Position numbers and translations under genes: made by a program. This document shows, in pieces, positions 12,426 through 24,821 of a DNA stretch of 64,000 bases; position 1 is the stretch's first letter, and each line of letters begins with the position of its first letter. The stretch spans positions 1,550,001-1,614,000 of the forward strand of contig NW_027361792.1 of NCBI RefSeq assembly GCF_039654945.1. Reading direction: 5' to 3'. The notes below the pieces were generated by a model that saw only the letters and a list, made by a program, of their open reading frames with translations, had not been told where the DNA came from and did no database searches. Source of the DNA: Dendrobates tinctorius (lineage: Eukaryota).

Positions 12426-13323
12426 CTATAGATAAGCAGGAAGAGATCATTTATTTAAGAGGCGACATTTATAAACAGTAACGACGACCACCGGGATCCT
12501 GCAGCGGATTCTCCAAGATCGCTTGGAATCTGCTGCAGATTTACCGCAAAGTTCAACCTGCGCCGAAGATCCACAGCAGAAAGTGATTCGCTGCGTCGGA
12601 CACAAAGTGGATTTTACTTAAATCTGTGGAGGAAATGCGCGGTGCAAGTTCTGCACATACCGCGTGCGCGGGAGATTTTATGACATTAGATCCACATTGT
12701 AACACTCAAAGATTTTCTGTCTGGGAAAGCTGGATGGAATAAACCTGCAGCGTATCTGAACGGTGTGAACGAGCCCTAGAGGAACGGTCACTGGGATTTA
12801 GAAGAAAAAAAAATGAGCGTTTTCTGCTCCAAAATCCTTAAGAATTACACTCAGGATTCATCCCCCGTGGATTTCAGTTGGTAAACACTGATGCTGTTCA
12901 CACGGGGCCGTTTTTCTGCGGCTTCTGTAATGCAGATTCTTTGGGAAAGGGCAGTAACGCTTACATTTTCTAATAAATGGGAAACGTTCCTATACTCCCC
13001 CCCCCCCCCCCCCGTGCTGGGATTCTATTTTTTTCTCTTGGGAAAAGGAAGCAACAAGTCAATGCTTGTGATGTCCACACTCCAAATACGACGGGTGAAT
13101 TCTGCGGAACAGCACACAAAAAACATTCTGAAACGTATTTTCTGTGGTTAATGTTTGTGTATCTGTGTACAGGATCCTGGACGTCCTGCGCCCCCAGGAC
13201 ACGCTGTGCCACTATATACTCATCTGCATTACTTCATGTCGGGCCCCCGGTGACCCCTGAACTATGGGGAAATCAGCAAACACAAGTGCACCGAGATGAG
13301 TGATGTCTTTCTTCACTACTCAC

Positions 13324-13348
13324 ATTGATAATGTCGCCAGAACGTGTC
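13324..13348 (-). CDS. F2: Prothrombin exon 3 (aromatic stack DTFWRHYQ)
   Basis: 25-bp exon, ttcag|GAC...T|gtgagt, FWxxY motif. Confidence 0.9.
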
Positions 13349-13933
13349 CTGAAATACAGAAAACACAGGGCTGTAAAGACATAGGAACCTTACACTGAAG
13401 GGTTTCCTCCAGGTCGTCACCACCATAATGCAACTTTATGGAATCCTTAAAAGGGGTATCCAGGGGTTAAATGATAAGACCCCAAATTCCCCTCGGTCTG
13501 CAAGAATGACAAAAATGGAGCTGCAGATTAAGCCTTGCCGCTAGATTCATCTTCATGACACTGAAGATACCCTGCGGTCTCGTATCATTGACAGATCGAT
13601 CAATAGCGATCATATCTGACCTGCCGCTACATTCAACCCTCCGGGATGTGATCTTCATAGGTCCATGGTGGACACAAGTCTAGTTCTGGAAATCCATGGG
13701 GGTCCCGGAGATGGGACCCTCACTGATCAAACAGATGGATCAGTAATTGGAATTTCCAAAGATTGACCAATCAGAGAGCCAAAGAATCCTCACGAGGGAC
13801 CAAGAGCAGAAGACAACTTTGCAGCAGGTCTCTTGTATTGAAGGAGGACAGACCCTCACAATCATGAACCCCGGCTAAGCATAAGACACGCATGCATGTA
13901 AACACCACGTGTGCAATAATCCGATAATCTCAC

Positions 13934-14094
13934 CGTGGCGGCGTTTGACTCCTTTATCTCTCGGGCTTCCTCGTAGTTACATATCTCCTCCATACATTCT
14001 CGTTCCATATTTCCCTCCTTCAACTCCTCGAATATTGAATTAGCTCTGCGGGAACGTTTCAAGACAGACATGGCCTCCTGGTCGCTGATGAACA
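13934..14094 (-). CDS. F2: Prothrombin exon 2 (propeptide and Gla domain)
   Basis: [17 protein letters not shown]|[29 protein letters not shown]; cag acceptor, gtgaga donor; 161 bp. Confidence 0.96.
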
Positions 14095-14295
14095 CTGGCA
14101 GGAGATAGGAGACGGATCACAATATGGACTGGTCAATGAGGCCCTGACGTGAACTAGTGCATTGTCTGCCACCCAGTAGCCCACAACATCCAGTTATTGG
14201 TCTGGACCTTTGGGTGCTCGTCGTTTAGATTTCTGCAGAATGGCATAATTAGGGAAATCCAACAATCCAGAATACCTAATTGTAAACCATGACGG

Positions 14296-16135
14296 CACTG
14301 TGATAGGTCTCTGGCTCCTCTGGGGAGGCGTTATATGCTGCACTGTGATAGGTCTCTGGCTCCTCTGGCGAGATGTAATGTGCTGCACTGTGATAGGTCC
14401 CTGGCTCCTCTGGGGAAGTGTTATGTGCTACACTGTGATAGGTCTCTGGCTCCTCTGGGGAGATGTAATGTGCTGCACTGTGATAGGTCCCTGGCTCCTC
14501 TGGGGAAGTGTTTTGTGCTACACTGTGATAGGTCTCTGGCTCCTCTGGGGAGATGTAATGTGCTGCACTGTGATAGGTCCCTGGCTCCTCTGGGGAAGTG
14601 TTATGTGCTACACTGTGATAGGTCTCTGGCTCCTCTGGGGAGATGTAATGTGCTGCACTGTGATAGGTCTTTGGCTCCTCTGGGGAAGTGTTATGTTCTG
14701 CACTGTGATAGGTCTCTGGCTCCTCTGGGGAGGTGTTATATGCTGCGCTGTGATAGGTCTCTGGCTCCTCTGGGGAGGTGTTATATGCTGCACTGTGATA
14801 GGTCTCTGGCTCCTCTGGGGAGATATAATGTGCTGCACTGTGATAGGTCCCTGGCTCCTCTGGGGAAGTGTTATGTGCTACACTGTGATAGGTCTCTGGC
14901 TCCTCTGGGGAGATGTAATGTGCTGCACTGTGATAGGTCCCTGGCTCCTCTGGGGAAGTGTTATGTGCTACACTGTGATAGGTCTCTGGCTCCTCTGGGG
15001 AGATGTAATGTGCTGCACTGTGATAGGTCCCTGGCTCCTCTGGGGAAGTGTTATGTGCTACACTGTGATAGGTCTCTGGCTCCTCTGGGGAGATGTAATG
15101 TGCTGCACTGTGATAGGTCTTTGGCTCCTCTGGGGAAGTGTTATGTTCTGCACTGTGATAGGTCTCTGGCTCCTCTGGGGAGGTGTTATATGCTGCGCTG
15201 TGATAGGTCTCTAGCTCCTCTGGGGAGGTGTTATATGCTGCGCTGTGATAGGTCTCTAGCTCCTCTGGGGAGGTGTTATATGCTGCGCTGTGATAGGTCT
15301 CTAGCTCCTCTGGGGAGGTGTTATGTGCTGCACCGTGAAAGGTCTCCGACTCTGGGGAGGTGTTATGTGCTGCACCGTGAAAGGTCTCTGACTCCTCTGG
15401 GGAGGTGTTATATGCTGCACTGTGATAGGTCTCTGGCTCCTCTTGGGAGATGTAATGTGCTGCACCGTGAAATGTCTCTGGCTCCTCTGGGGATGTGTTA
15501 TATGTTGCGCTGTGATAGGTCTCTGGCTCCTCTGGGGAGGTGTTATATGTTTCGCTGTGATAGGTCTTTGGCTCCTCTGGGGAGGTGTTATGTGCTGCAC
15601 TGTGATAGGTCTCTGCCTCCTCTGGGGAGGTGTTATATGCTGCACTGTAATAGGTCTCTGGCTCCTCTGGGGAGATGTAATGTGCTGCACTGTGATAGGT
15701 CCCTGGCTCCTCTGGGGAGGTGTTATGTGCTGCACCATGAAATGTCTCTGGCTCCTCTGGGGAGGTGTTATATGCTGTGCTGTGATAGGTCTCTGGCTCC
15801 TCTGGGGAGGTTATATGCTGCGCTGTGATAGGTCTTTGGCTCCTCTGGGGAGGTGTTATGTGCTCCGCTGTGATAGGTCTCTGGCTCCTCTAGGGAGGTG
15901 TTATATGCTGCGCTGTGATAGGTCTCTGGCTCCTCTGGGGAGGTGTGTGCTGCACTGTGATAGGTCTCTGGCTCCTCTGGGGAGGTGTTATGTGCTGCAC
16001 TGTGATAGGTCCCTGGCTCCTCTGGGGAGGTGTTATGTGCTGCACTGTGATAGGTCCCTGGCTCCTCTGGGGAGGTGTTATGTGCTGCACTGTGATAGGT
16101 CTCTGGCTCCTCTGGGGACGTGTTATGTGTTGCTC
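14296..16135. repeat. 45-bp minisatellite in F2 intron 1
   Basis: Unit CACTGTGATAGGTCTCTGGCTCCTCTGGGGAGGTGTTATGTGCTG; alternating variants give a 90-bp dimer in the left half. Confidence 0.97.
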
Positions 16136-16369
16136 TGTGTCACTTGACACAGGGAAGTATTGTAGGCAGTAGTTTGGTATTTTGTGCCAGTGGGGGGTAT
16201 GTTTTGCTGCCAGGATGCATTATGTGCGATGCATAGTGGTATTCCATTGGGGCTGCAGGGGGTAACATAAGTGCTTCACAGGGGTAATGGATCTGGCATG
16301 GTCATAAAGCCTGAGTAACAAACGTTTGCTAATTTGTGATCTATAACGCGCCCTAATAGATTTCCATTT

Positions 16370-16870
16370 CTAGCTCATGTTTGGCTGTGGGGAGTCCGCT
16401 GTTTTTTTCCCACCTCGGTGGGAAATGATCCTGGATGGTTTTGGGATATAGATATAACTTTTCATTTTAAACCAATGGACGGCCACAATGGATGAAATTG
16501 ACGTTTATGAGTTTTGCCAGCACTCCAGTAAGAAGAGCTCGGCTTCCTCTGACTCATTATTATGGATGCATTCAGCAACAATCGCACTGTATCATGCCCG
16601 AAGAAGACAAGATGTGTCCTCGCTGTTCCTCAGTGCTTCCTGTTGGCAAACACATTGCCACATCGGCCAAGAGAATGCAGTGGCCGATAGATGCCCCCAT
16701 TATGGGTGACCATTGTTGATGTCGCACAGTTTGTTTGGAGCAAGGACCTGGGAGCATTGGAGATCAGTGGCACAAAAAAAAATATTTCATATGATCTCAA
16801 TGTCCACAGCGACCAGACATCACATAATTACACCAATCCAATGCCTCATCCCAGTCTTAAGGGTGCCATA
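16370..16870 (+). mobile_element. Highly decayed Tc1/mariner transposase remnant
   Basis: Broken traces of MFW, FQQxNAxxH, MQWP and TNxMP motifs in the expected order. Confidence 0.4.
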
Positions 16871-18369
16871 ACCATAGAATTATCACAAAGTGTCCTCTTT
16901 CCATGCTAGGATCATCAGCAATCAGCTGGGATCTGTAAGGAGACCTAGCAGTAAGTGTCCAGTTTCCCTACAGCTCCTCCGCAGGAGGAATGAAGTATTA
17001 CATGGAGCTGATTTTCTAAAATTCAAAGAGGGTTATCTGTGTAACCCAAAAAGAAACAGGTCCTGCAGGGCAGGTCCTTACTCATTGTATCTCGTCTCCT
17101 TTTTGGGTAAGGATCCCAAAAATGGGTCCCCTCTATAACAAAAGAAACCAGTGGCAGCTGAGTCTTGGTGCCTGAATGAATAAGAGTCCGTCTCCATCAT
17201 TTCAGCAGCGTCTGTTTTACTTTGAAAAGCTGCGGCTTTTGAAAGGACAGCTGGGGGCCATGAGGCTCATGTGACTAGTCAAAGAGGCAGGTCCAAGACA
17301 GGATGTCCCCGCCCCACTCCCCTTGAGTGACAGGTCTCTCCCTATACACACACCTGACAATCTAGGGCGGCAGAGTGGGGAGAAGCCGCCAGGGTCCTGC
17401 CTCTTGGATTAAACATCTAAAATTAATGGATCATGGCCGGAATTTAAAAACTACGTCAACATATCAGCTCCATCAGTACCCGAAGAGTAGATGAGGTCAC
17501 ATGTCGGTGCCTTCACATAGCAATGCCCTAAAGAGAACCTACGGCTAATGTCCATATAGGAAGCCATGATACATACTCCTTTCTCTGTACTCATGTGGCA
17601 AATCAGAGATTGGAAAACTGATCTAGAAAACAGCGCCAAAAGGTCCGATGGGCATGAAGTGGATCTAGCAGGAAAAGAAGACGCCGTGGTCCTACACAAG
17701 CCTCAGCCCTTATCAATTCAATTCTGGTTTTGGCCAAAAAAAAGTCTCAAAGTTCCCACTTTGGTCAAAAAAAAAAAATAACAACCCGTTGCACGTTCCG
17801 TCGTTCCATATATCCATCGCGGCACAGTTATTATACTTTTCGGAAACTTTTCTAAAAAATTTCTGGTGCAAAGTAATAAATAGTTGGTGGAAAGTTAGAA
17901 AAAAAAGGCGCAAAAAGATGTCGCCAGGTCTAAAAATGCAACAATTCACCGGAAATAACATATAAGCAAGTTACAAATGTTATAAAGAAATAGTAATCGC
18001 CGGCCGTGCGGAGGCAGATAATGGAGATTAGACAGATCCATGGATTGAGGGAAGATATAGACAGCCATACATTGGGCTTTCCTGCGCCCTATACCTAAAT
18101 ACCAGGACAAAGTCTCCGTTTTTTGACCCCAGCTGTTGGTCCTTTCCGGCCCCCCAGGACTCGTGCCCGGTAGATAACGTTTACCTGGGTACGACCCCAA
18201 AGTACGCTTACGTGAGGGTGCTGGGATTTCGGCAGAACTCCGCTGGTCCGCACGGTAGAATACATCGCACTGGGCTACTGATAAATGGCTGCGCCACATA
18301 CAGTTCCCCATGTGTGGTCCTGCCGGTCACGACTGGCACCTCGCTATGTATCGGGACTGGCGGTCTTAC

Positions 18370-18442
18370 CATTGTCGCCCAGTGCTAGGGACAGCAGGGA
18401 GGCCACAAATAATCCACGGATTACGTTGGTTCGGTGCGGCAT
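18370..18442 (-). CDS. F2: Prothrombin exon 1 (signal peptide MPHRTNVIRGLFVASLLSLALGDN)
   Basis: ccaccATG Kozak context, hydrophobic core, phase-1 donor G|gtaaga matching exon 2; not in the ORF track. Confidence 0.85.
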
Positions 18443-18579
18443 GGTGGGAAACAGGAGCCTTCGCATGGCAGCCCTGCAGCTGTGAGACAACTGAGCGGTG
18501 ATTGGGAAGATTGACCAGGGTCAGGAATCATAGAGACCCTCCTCTCCCTCCCCCTCATTCAGCCTCTGGGGTCAGGAGC

Positions 18580-18645
18580 GGTTACACATTGACCAGCAAA
18601 CACTGAGAACTCTCCATTAACACCGTATTACCAGCACAAAGTACC
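18580..18645 (-). promoter_or_regulatory. Putative hepatocyte promoter module of F2 (HNF1-, FOXA- and HNF4-like sites)
   Basis: GGTTACACATTGACC (18580-18594), AGCAAACA (18595-18602) and CAAAGTAC (18637-18644), 140-200 bp upstream of the ATG. Confidence 0.55.
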
Positions 18646-19499
18646 TGTCAGACCAGAGCGATGGCGGAGCCCGCCACCCTGCAGAGAGCCGTCATGCCCA
18701 ACCTGTTCAATTTGTTTTTTTTTACTTAAATGCTAAAAATAATTTTTCTAATTGGGTTCCATTAAACATTTTGCACCGTTTGCCTTCTATTGCCCCAGTG
18801 TTGCGCTGTGTACTGCTGGCTGCAGAATGAGTCATCTGAGAATTCATCAGTGAGCTCGTTCTGATGTTCCAATGGAAGAGTTTGTGACTTCTGAGCTCCT
18901 CTCAGCTGATTTATGACCACAGACCACATCAAAGTTGAATGTGCCGGGAAACATAAGGCCAGTAAAAGCCAAACAGTGCAAAATATTTAAAGAAACCCAA
19001 ATGCAAGAATTTGCCCAAAATACATGTATTTAAAGAAAAAGAAAAACATCTCTTCCCACAGGTGGACAACAGCTTTACAGGACTGAGGCAAAAGTGTGAG
19101 GACGATTGATTGGTAATGTGACGGATCTGTGCTCATATTGTCGGCGGCAGCACAGCCACCATTTACATGGGAAGATCCAGTGCCAACAACAGGACCAGCC
19201 GGATAATGATGGATGGCGGCGTGTTCACAAGGGCCAATGATCGGCATCGATCGCTCTCGTGGCTGCTTGTTCAGTTGGTCATCAGTCCATATAACGTGCA
19301 GAACATGGGAGGAATCCTCAGAGAGTAACATTAATCCAGACACGACCACTCGCCCCGAGGGAGGGGAGACCTCCCGGGACAGTGGGCAAAGCAAGCAAAA
19401 TGCGTAGGTGTTGTACCGGCAGCAGCGAAAACCGCCAGTACTTGCAGCCACATTAGAACCACCCATAGCGCCGTAACAGAGACGCAAGTGTGCCCGGCA

Positions 19500-22467
19500 G
19501 TGCTATGGAAGTGGTATGGCCGGCACTGATACGGGAGGGATATGGGTGGCACGGCTATGGGAGTGGTATGGCTGGTACTGGAGGGATATGGGTGGCACGG
19601 CTATGGGAGTAATATGGGTGGCACTATAAAGGAGCGGTATGGCTGGCGCTATATAGGAGAGGTAAGGCTGGCGCTATATAGGAGCGGTATGGCTGGCGCT
19701 ATATAGGAGAGGTATGGCTGGCGCTATATAGGAGCGGTATGGCTGGCGCTATATAGGAGAGGTATGGCTGGCGCTATATAGGAGAGGTATGGCCGGCACT
19801 GATACGGGAGGGATATGGGTGGCACTATAAAGGAGCGGTATGGCTGGCGCTATATAGGAGCGGTATGGCTGGCGCTATATAGGAGAGGTATGGCTGGCGC
19901 TATATAGGAGCGGTATGGCTGGCGCTATATAGGAGCGGTATGGCCGGCACTGGTACGGGAGGGATATGGGTGGCGCTATAAAGGAGCGGTATGGCTGGCG
20001 CTATATAGGAGAGGTATGGCCGGCACTGATACGGGAGGGATATGGGTGGCACTATAAAGGAGCGGTATGGCTGGCGCTATATAGGAGCGGTATGGCTGGC
20101 GCTATATAGGAGAGGTATGGCTGGCGCTATATAGGAGCGGTATGGCTGGCGCTATATAGGAGCGGTATGGCCGGCACTGGTACGGGAGGGATATGGGTGG
20201 CGCTATAAAGGAGCGGTATGGCTGGCGCTATATAGGAGCGGAATGGCCGACGCTATATAGGAGCGATATGGCCGGCGCTATATAGGAGAGGTATGGCCGG
20301 CGCTATGAAGGAGCGGTATGGCCGCCACTGGTACGGGAGGGATATGGGTGGCGCTATAAAGGAGCGGTATGGCCGACGCTATATAGGAGCGATATGGCCG
20401 GCGCTATATAGGAGAGGTATGGCCGGCGCTATGAAGGAGCGGTATGGCCGCCACTGGTACGGGAGGGATATGGGTGGCGCTATAAAGGAGCGGTATGGCC
20501 GACGCTATATAGGAGCGATATGGCCGGCGCTATATAGGAGAGGTATGGCCGGCGCTATGAAGGAGCGGTATGGCTGGCGCTATATCGGAGCGGTATGGCT
20601 GGCGCTATAATGGAGAGGTATGGCTGGCGCTATATAAGGGCGGTATGGCTGGCGCTATATAGGAGCGGTATGGCTGGCGCTATATAGGAGCGGTATGGCT
20701 GGCGCTATATAGGAGCGGAATGGCTGGCGCTATATAGGAGAGGTATGGCTGCACTATATAGGAGCGGTATGGCTGGCGCTATGAAGGAGCGGTATGGCTG
20801 GCGCTATATAGGAGCGGTGTGGCTGGCGCTATATAGGAGCGGTGTGGCTGGCGCTATATAGGAGGTGTGGCTGGCGCTATATAGGAGAGGTGTGGCTGGC
20901 GCTATGAAGGAGCGGTGTGGCTGGCGCTATATAGGAGAGGTATGGCTGGCGCTATAAAGGAGCGGTATGGCTGGCGCTATATAGGGGAGGTATGGCTGCC
21001 GCTATATAGGAGCGGTATGGCTGGCGCTATATAGGAGAGGTATGGCTGGCGCTATGAAGGAGCGGTATGGCCGGCACTGGTACGGGAGGGATATGGGTGG
21101 CGCTATAAAGGAGCGGTATGGCCGAAGCTATATAGGAGCGATATGGCCGGCGCTATATAGGAGAGGTATGGCCGGCGCTATGAAGGAGCGGTATGGCTGG
21201 CGCTATATCGGAGCGGTATGGCTGGCGCTATAATGGAGAGGTATGGCTGGCGCTATAAAGGGGCGGTATGGCTGGCGCTATATAGGAGAGGTATGGCTGC
21301 ACTATATAGGAGCGGTATGGCTGGCGCTATGAAGGAGCGATGTGGCTGGCGCTATAAAGGAGCGGTGTGGCTGGCGCTATATAGGAGCGGTGTGGCTGGC
21401 GCTATATAGGAGAGGTGTGTCTGGCGCTATATAGGAGAGGTATGGCTGCCGCTATATAGGAGCGGTATGGCTGGCGCTATATAGGAGAGGTATGGCTGGC
21501 GCTATATAGGAGCGGTATGGCTGGGGCTATATAGGAGAGGTATGGCTGGCGCTATATAGGAGCGGTATGGCTGGCGCTATATAGGAGCGGTATGGCTGGC
21601 GCTATATAGGAGCGGTATGGCTGGCGCTATATAGGAGCGGTATGGCTGGCGCTATATAGGTGTGGCTGGCGCTATATAGGAGAGGTATGGTTGGCGCTAT
21701 ATAGGAGCTGTATGGCTGGGGCTATATAGGAGAGGTATGGCTGGCGCTATAAAGGAGTGGTATGGCTGGCGCTATATAGGAGAGGTATGGCTGCACTATA
21801 TAGGAGCGGTATGGCTGGCGCTATATAGAAGCGGTATGGCTGGCGCTATATAGGAGCGGTGTGGCTGGCGCTATATAGGAGAGGTGTGGCTGGCGCTATG
21901 AAGGAGCAGTGTGGCTGGCGCTATATAGGAGAGGTATGGCTGGTGCTATAAAGGAGCGGTATGGCTGGCGCTATATAGGGGAGGTATGGCTGCACTATAT
22001 AGGAGCGGTATGGCTGGCGCTATATAGGAGCGGTATGGCTGGCGCTATATAGGAGAGGTATGGCTGGCACCATATAGGAGAGGTATGGCTGGCGCCATAT
22101 AGGAGCGGTATGGCTGGCGCTATATAGGAGAGGTATGGCTGGCACCATATAGGAGAGGTATGGCTGGCGCCATATAGGAGCGGTATGGCTGGCGCTATAT
22201 AGGAGAGGTATGGCTGGAGCTATATAGGGGAGGTATGGCTGCACTATATAGGAGCTGTATGGCTGGCGCTATATAGGAGCGGTATGGCTGGCGCTATATA
22301 GGAGCGGTATGGCTGGCGCTATATAGGAGCGGTATGGCTGGCGCTATGTAGGAGCGGTATGGCTGGCGCTATATAGGAGCGGTATGGCTGGCGCTATATA
22401 GGAGCGGTATGGCTGGCGCTATATAGGAGCGGTATGGCTGGCGCTATATAGGAGCGGTATGGCTGGC
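19500..22467. repeat. 25-bp minisatellite upstream of F2
   Basis: Unit GGTATGGCTGGCGCTATATAGGAGC, roughly 118 copies by length. Confidence 0.97.
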
Positions 22468-23038
22468 AGTCGTAAAGAAGCAAAAAGGTTGGCACTCATT
22501 TGTTTTCTGGTGATCAGTCACGTGGATTAGTTCTGACTGAAGTATATTTGCTTGTGGAACTTAATGTTATAATTTTTATGTTCATTTTGCAAAGACATTA
22601 ATAATTATACATCAGTAATGAGAAACACATGATAAAAATAGTTTTGGAGATGGGACGTAGGGGTCATAAATCAACCTGTGGATGGCATCCAGGCAAGCCC
22701 CTGTGTGGCTCCTTGATGGAGATAAAGCTTAGGTCCAGACTACATCACAGGGGGACAAAGCTTTCCCCTAATGATCTAAGAGGCCGGTGTGCCTGCTAGG
22801 ATATAGGCGGCTGTGGGTTAGGTCTGGTAGATCTACAGGGTCCGGGTCCTGAATGAAAATACGAGTACCGTGTGCTCTGTGTAGTGCGGCTCCTTTAAAC
22901 CTAAATGTCAGTTTAGAATGTTTACAAAAATATTTTTCCAAAAAATTTTAAAAAGTTGCAAAACTTTATACAATGTAACTGACAAAACCAGGAGGAAGAA
23001 GGAATTCCGGGGGCTTTGGCATTAATACAACTGCCTAA

Positions 23039-23314
23039 GGCCTGTTTCACACTTACGTTTTTTCCAGTGCGTTGGTAGCCGTTAAAATGGCAGATAACGG
23101 ATCCGTGGGCGATGAAATACCAACGGGAGCCAGNNNNNNNNNNNNNNNNNNNNNNNNNNNNNNNNNNNNNNNNNNNNNNNNNNNNNNNNNNNNNNNNNNN
23201 NNNNNNNNNNNNNNNNNNNNNNNNNNNNNNNNNNNNNNNNNNNNNNNNNNNNNNNNNNNNNNNNNNNNNNNNNNNNNNNNNNNNNNNNNNNNNNNNNNNN
23301 NNNNNNNNNAGGCC
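23039..23314. mobile_element. PIF/Harbinger-type MITE spanning the assembly gap
   Basis: TAA|GGCCTGTTTCACAC ... AGGCC|TAA; interior mostly N. Confidence 0.55.
23134..23309. other. Assembly gap (176 N)
   Basis: Run of N. Confidence 1.
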
Positions 23315-23924
23315 TAATACTTGCACCGTGGATCATTAAAGCCACGGACTGAAGAACTTCAATAAAATTTGCAAAATGTCTGTAATTGGATTGTAAAGTT
23401 TTGCTTCGATCCTTCCATGTCTCACTGAATAAATATTTATTGTAGGACAAGAGGGAACTGACAGATGGGACAGAGGTCCAAAGAGCAGGGTCAGGCCTGA
23501 GCCGGAGCAGAGGGCAGGACTGGGGGTGGGTGATTACGGGATCCGAATGTTGAAAGATGTGCACGTCCGAAATATTGCGAGGCGGCTCCTATACACAAGG
23601 AGAATGGATTCTGCGCATATTCCCAAATATATAAGAAAAAGACAGATTAACATAAGATCGGCCTCTGCCGTGCAGAATCCCAATCTTAGTCTGGTTGGAA
23701 GCCCCCAGTATCAGTGCTGTGCAGAGAGCCGATAGTATTGAGGAATATAGTTTGGTTTTTATAGAAGGATTAAGTTGGGGGCGACAGCGGAGTTTAGCAT
23801 GACCCTGCGACTGGGTGGCGGGGCAGGACACAGCCCCCATTCCATACACATTTCTTGATGGATATATGTTATATGGGGTCTTGCTTCCCCCATTACAAGA
23901 GATAACTTGTAATCAATCCCCTCT

Positions 23925-24032
23925 CCTTATGTACTTGTGTGTCCCTTGTCTTACACGTTTATTATACTTGTCTATATTTCCCCTTTTCACATGTAAAGTG
24001 CCATGGAATAAATGCATAATAATAATAATAAC
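23925..24032 (+). mobile_element. Possible 3' tail of an L2/CR1-type LINE or derived SINE
   Basis: tgtaaagtgccatggaataaatgc followed by (TAA)n. Confidence 0.4.
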
Positions 24033-24821
24033 TGCTTAAGATACATATACCAGTGAAATACATTTGGGACCTGTACCCAGTTCTCTTATTCTTCCTCTTT
24101 ATCATTCTGCCAGCACTATGAGTGCTGGAACTTCCTTTCCCCAAGTTTCCAGCATGCGTTGCTCCTGACATTATCTCGCCTGTCATGAACTGAATGGCTC
24201 TTCTGGAAATGTAGTTTTTCTATGCAATACATTTGCAGCCGCCATTGAGGGGGGACAGGCCGTGTGTCAGCGTGGGAGCTCCCTGATCTGACTCGTTGAG
24301 AAGAACTCAAAACAAGACCCCCAACTATTGGATGATACATCAATATATAAAAACGTGTCGGATTGCAGAGGTTTGTGCCCCCAATTTAGAACCTAAAACT
24401 GATTGATATAAGACCCATATTATGAAGCAGAGTCTGCACCGCTCCTGTCTCTGCAGCCGACCTGTTAATAATTACACCGTAGGAAAGGGCTAAGATCATG
24501 GGAAAGATAACAGCATTGGGCGGCAGCACGTACAGGATGCATCATAACCTGCACCTACACATATAAATGCTAAGCTGCGCCCAGACACTTCTCTATTACG
24601 GGATGACGCTTACCGAGCCCCATTCATTATAACGGTAGAAACCAACCAGAGCTCATTCATTCTCCTTCAGCTGCGATCATTAGTAACAGAGCCCCTAAAA
24701 TAAAAAGTGGTGAATGCAATGAGGGGCTTATAATGCTATAACAACCATCCTGCAATACATATCACGTCCACCAGAGGGAGCAGAACACCTGTACATGCAA
24801 TAGCTAACTTCTATACATATT

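Larger units (their letters stand above)
187..18442 (-). other. F2: Prothrombin gene model, exons 1-10 (3' part lies beyond the left edge)
   Basis: Ten GT-AG exons with compatible phases join into signal peptide, propeptide, Gla, kringle 1, kringle 2, A chain and the start of the protease domain. Confidence 0.96.

Noticed and set aside
22922-23564. ORFs containing X runs
   Set aside because: Artefacts of the 176-N assembly gap
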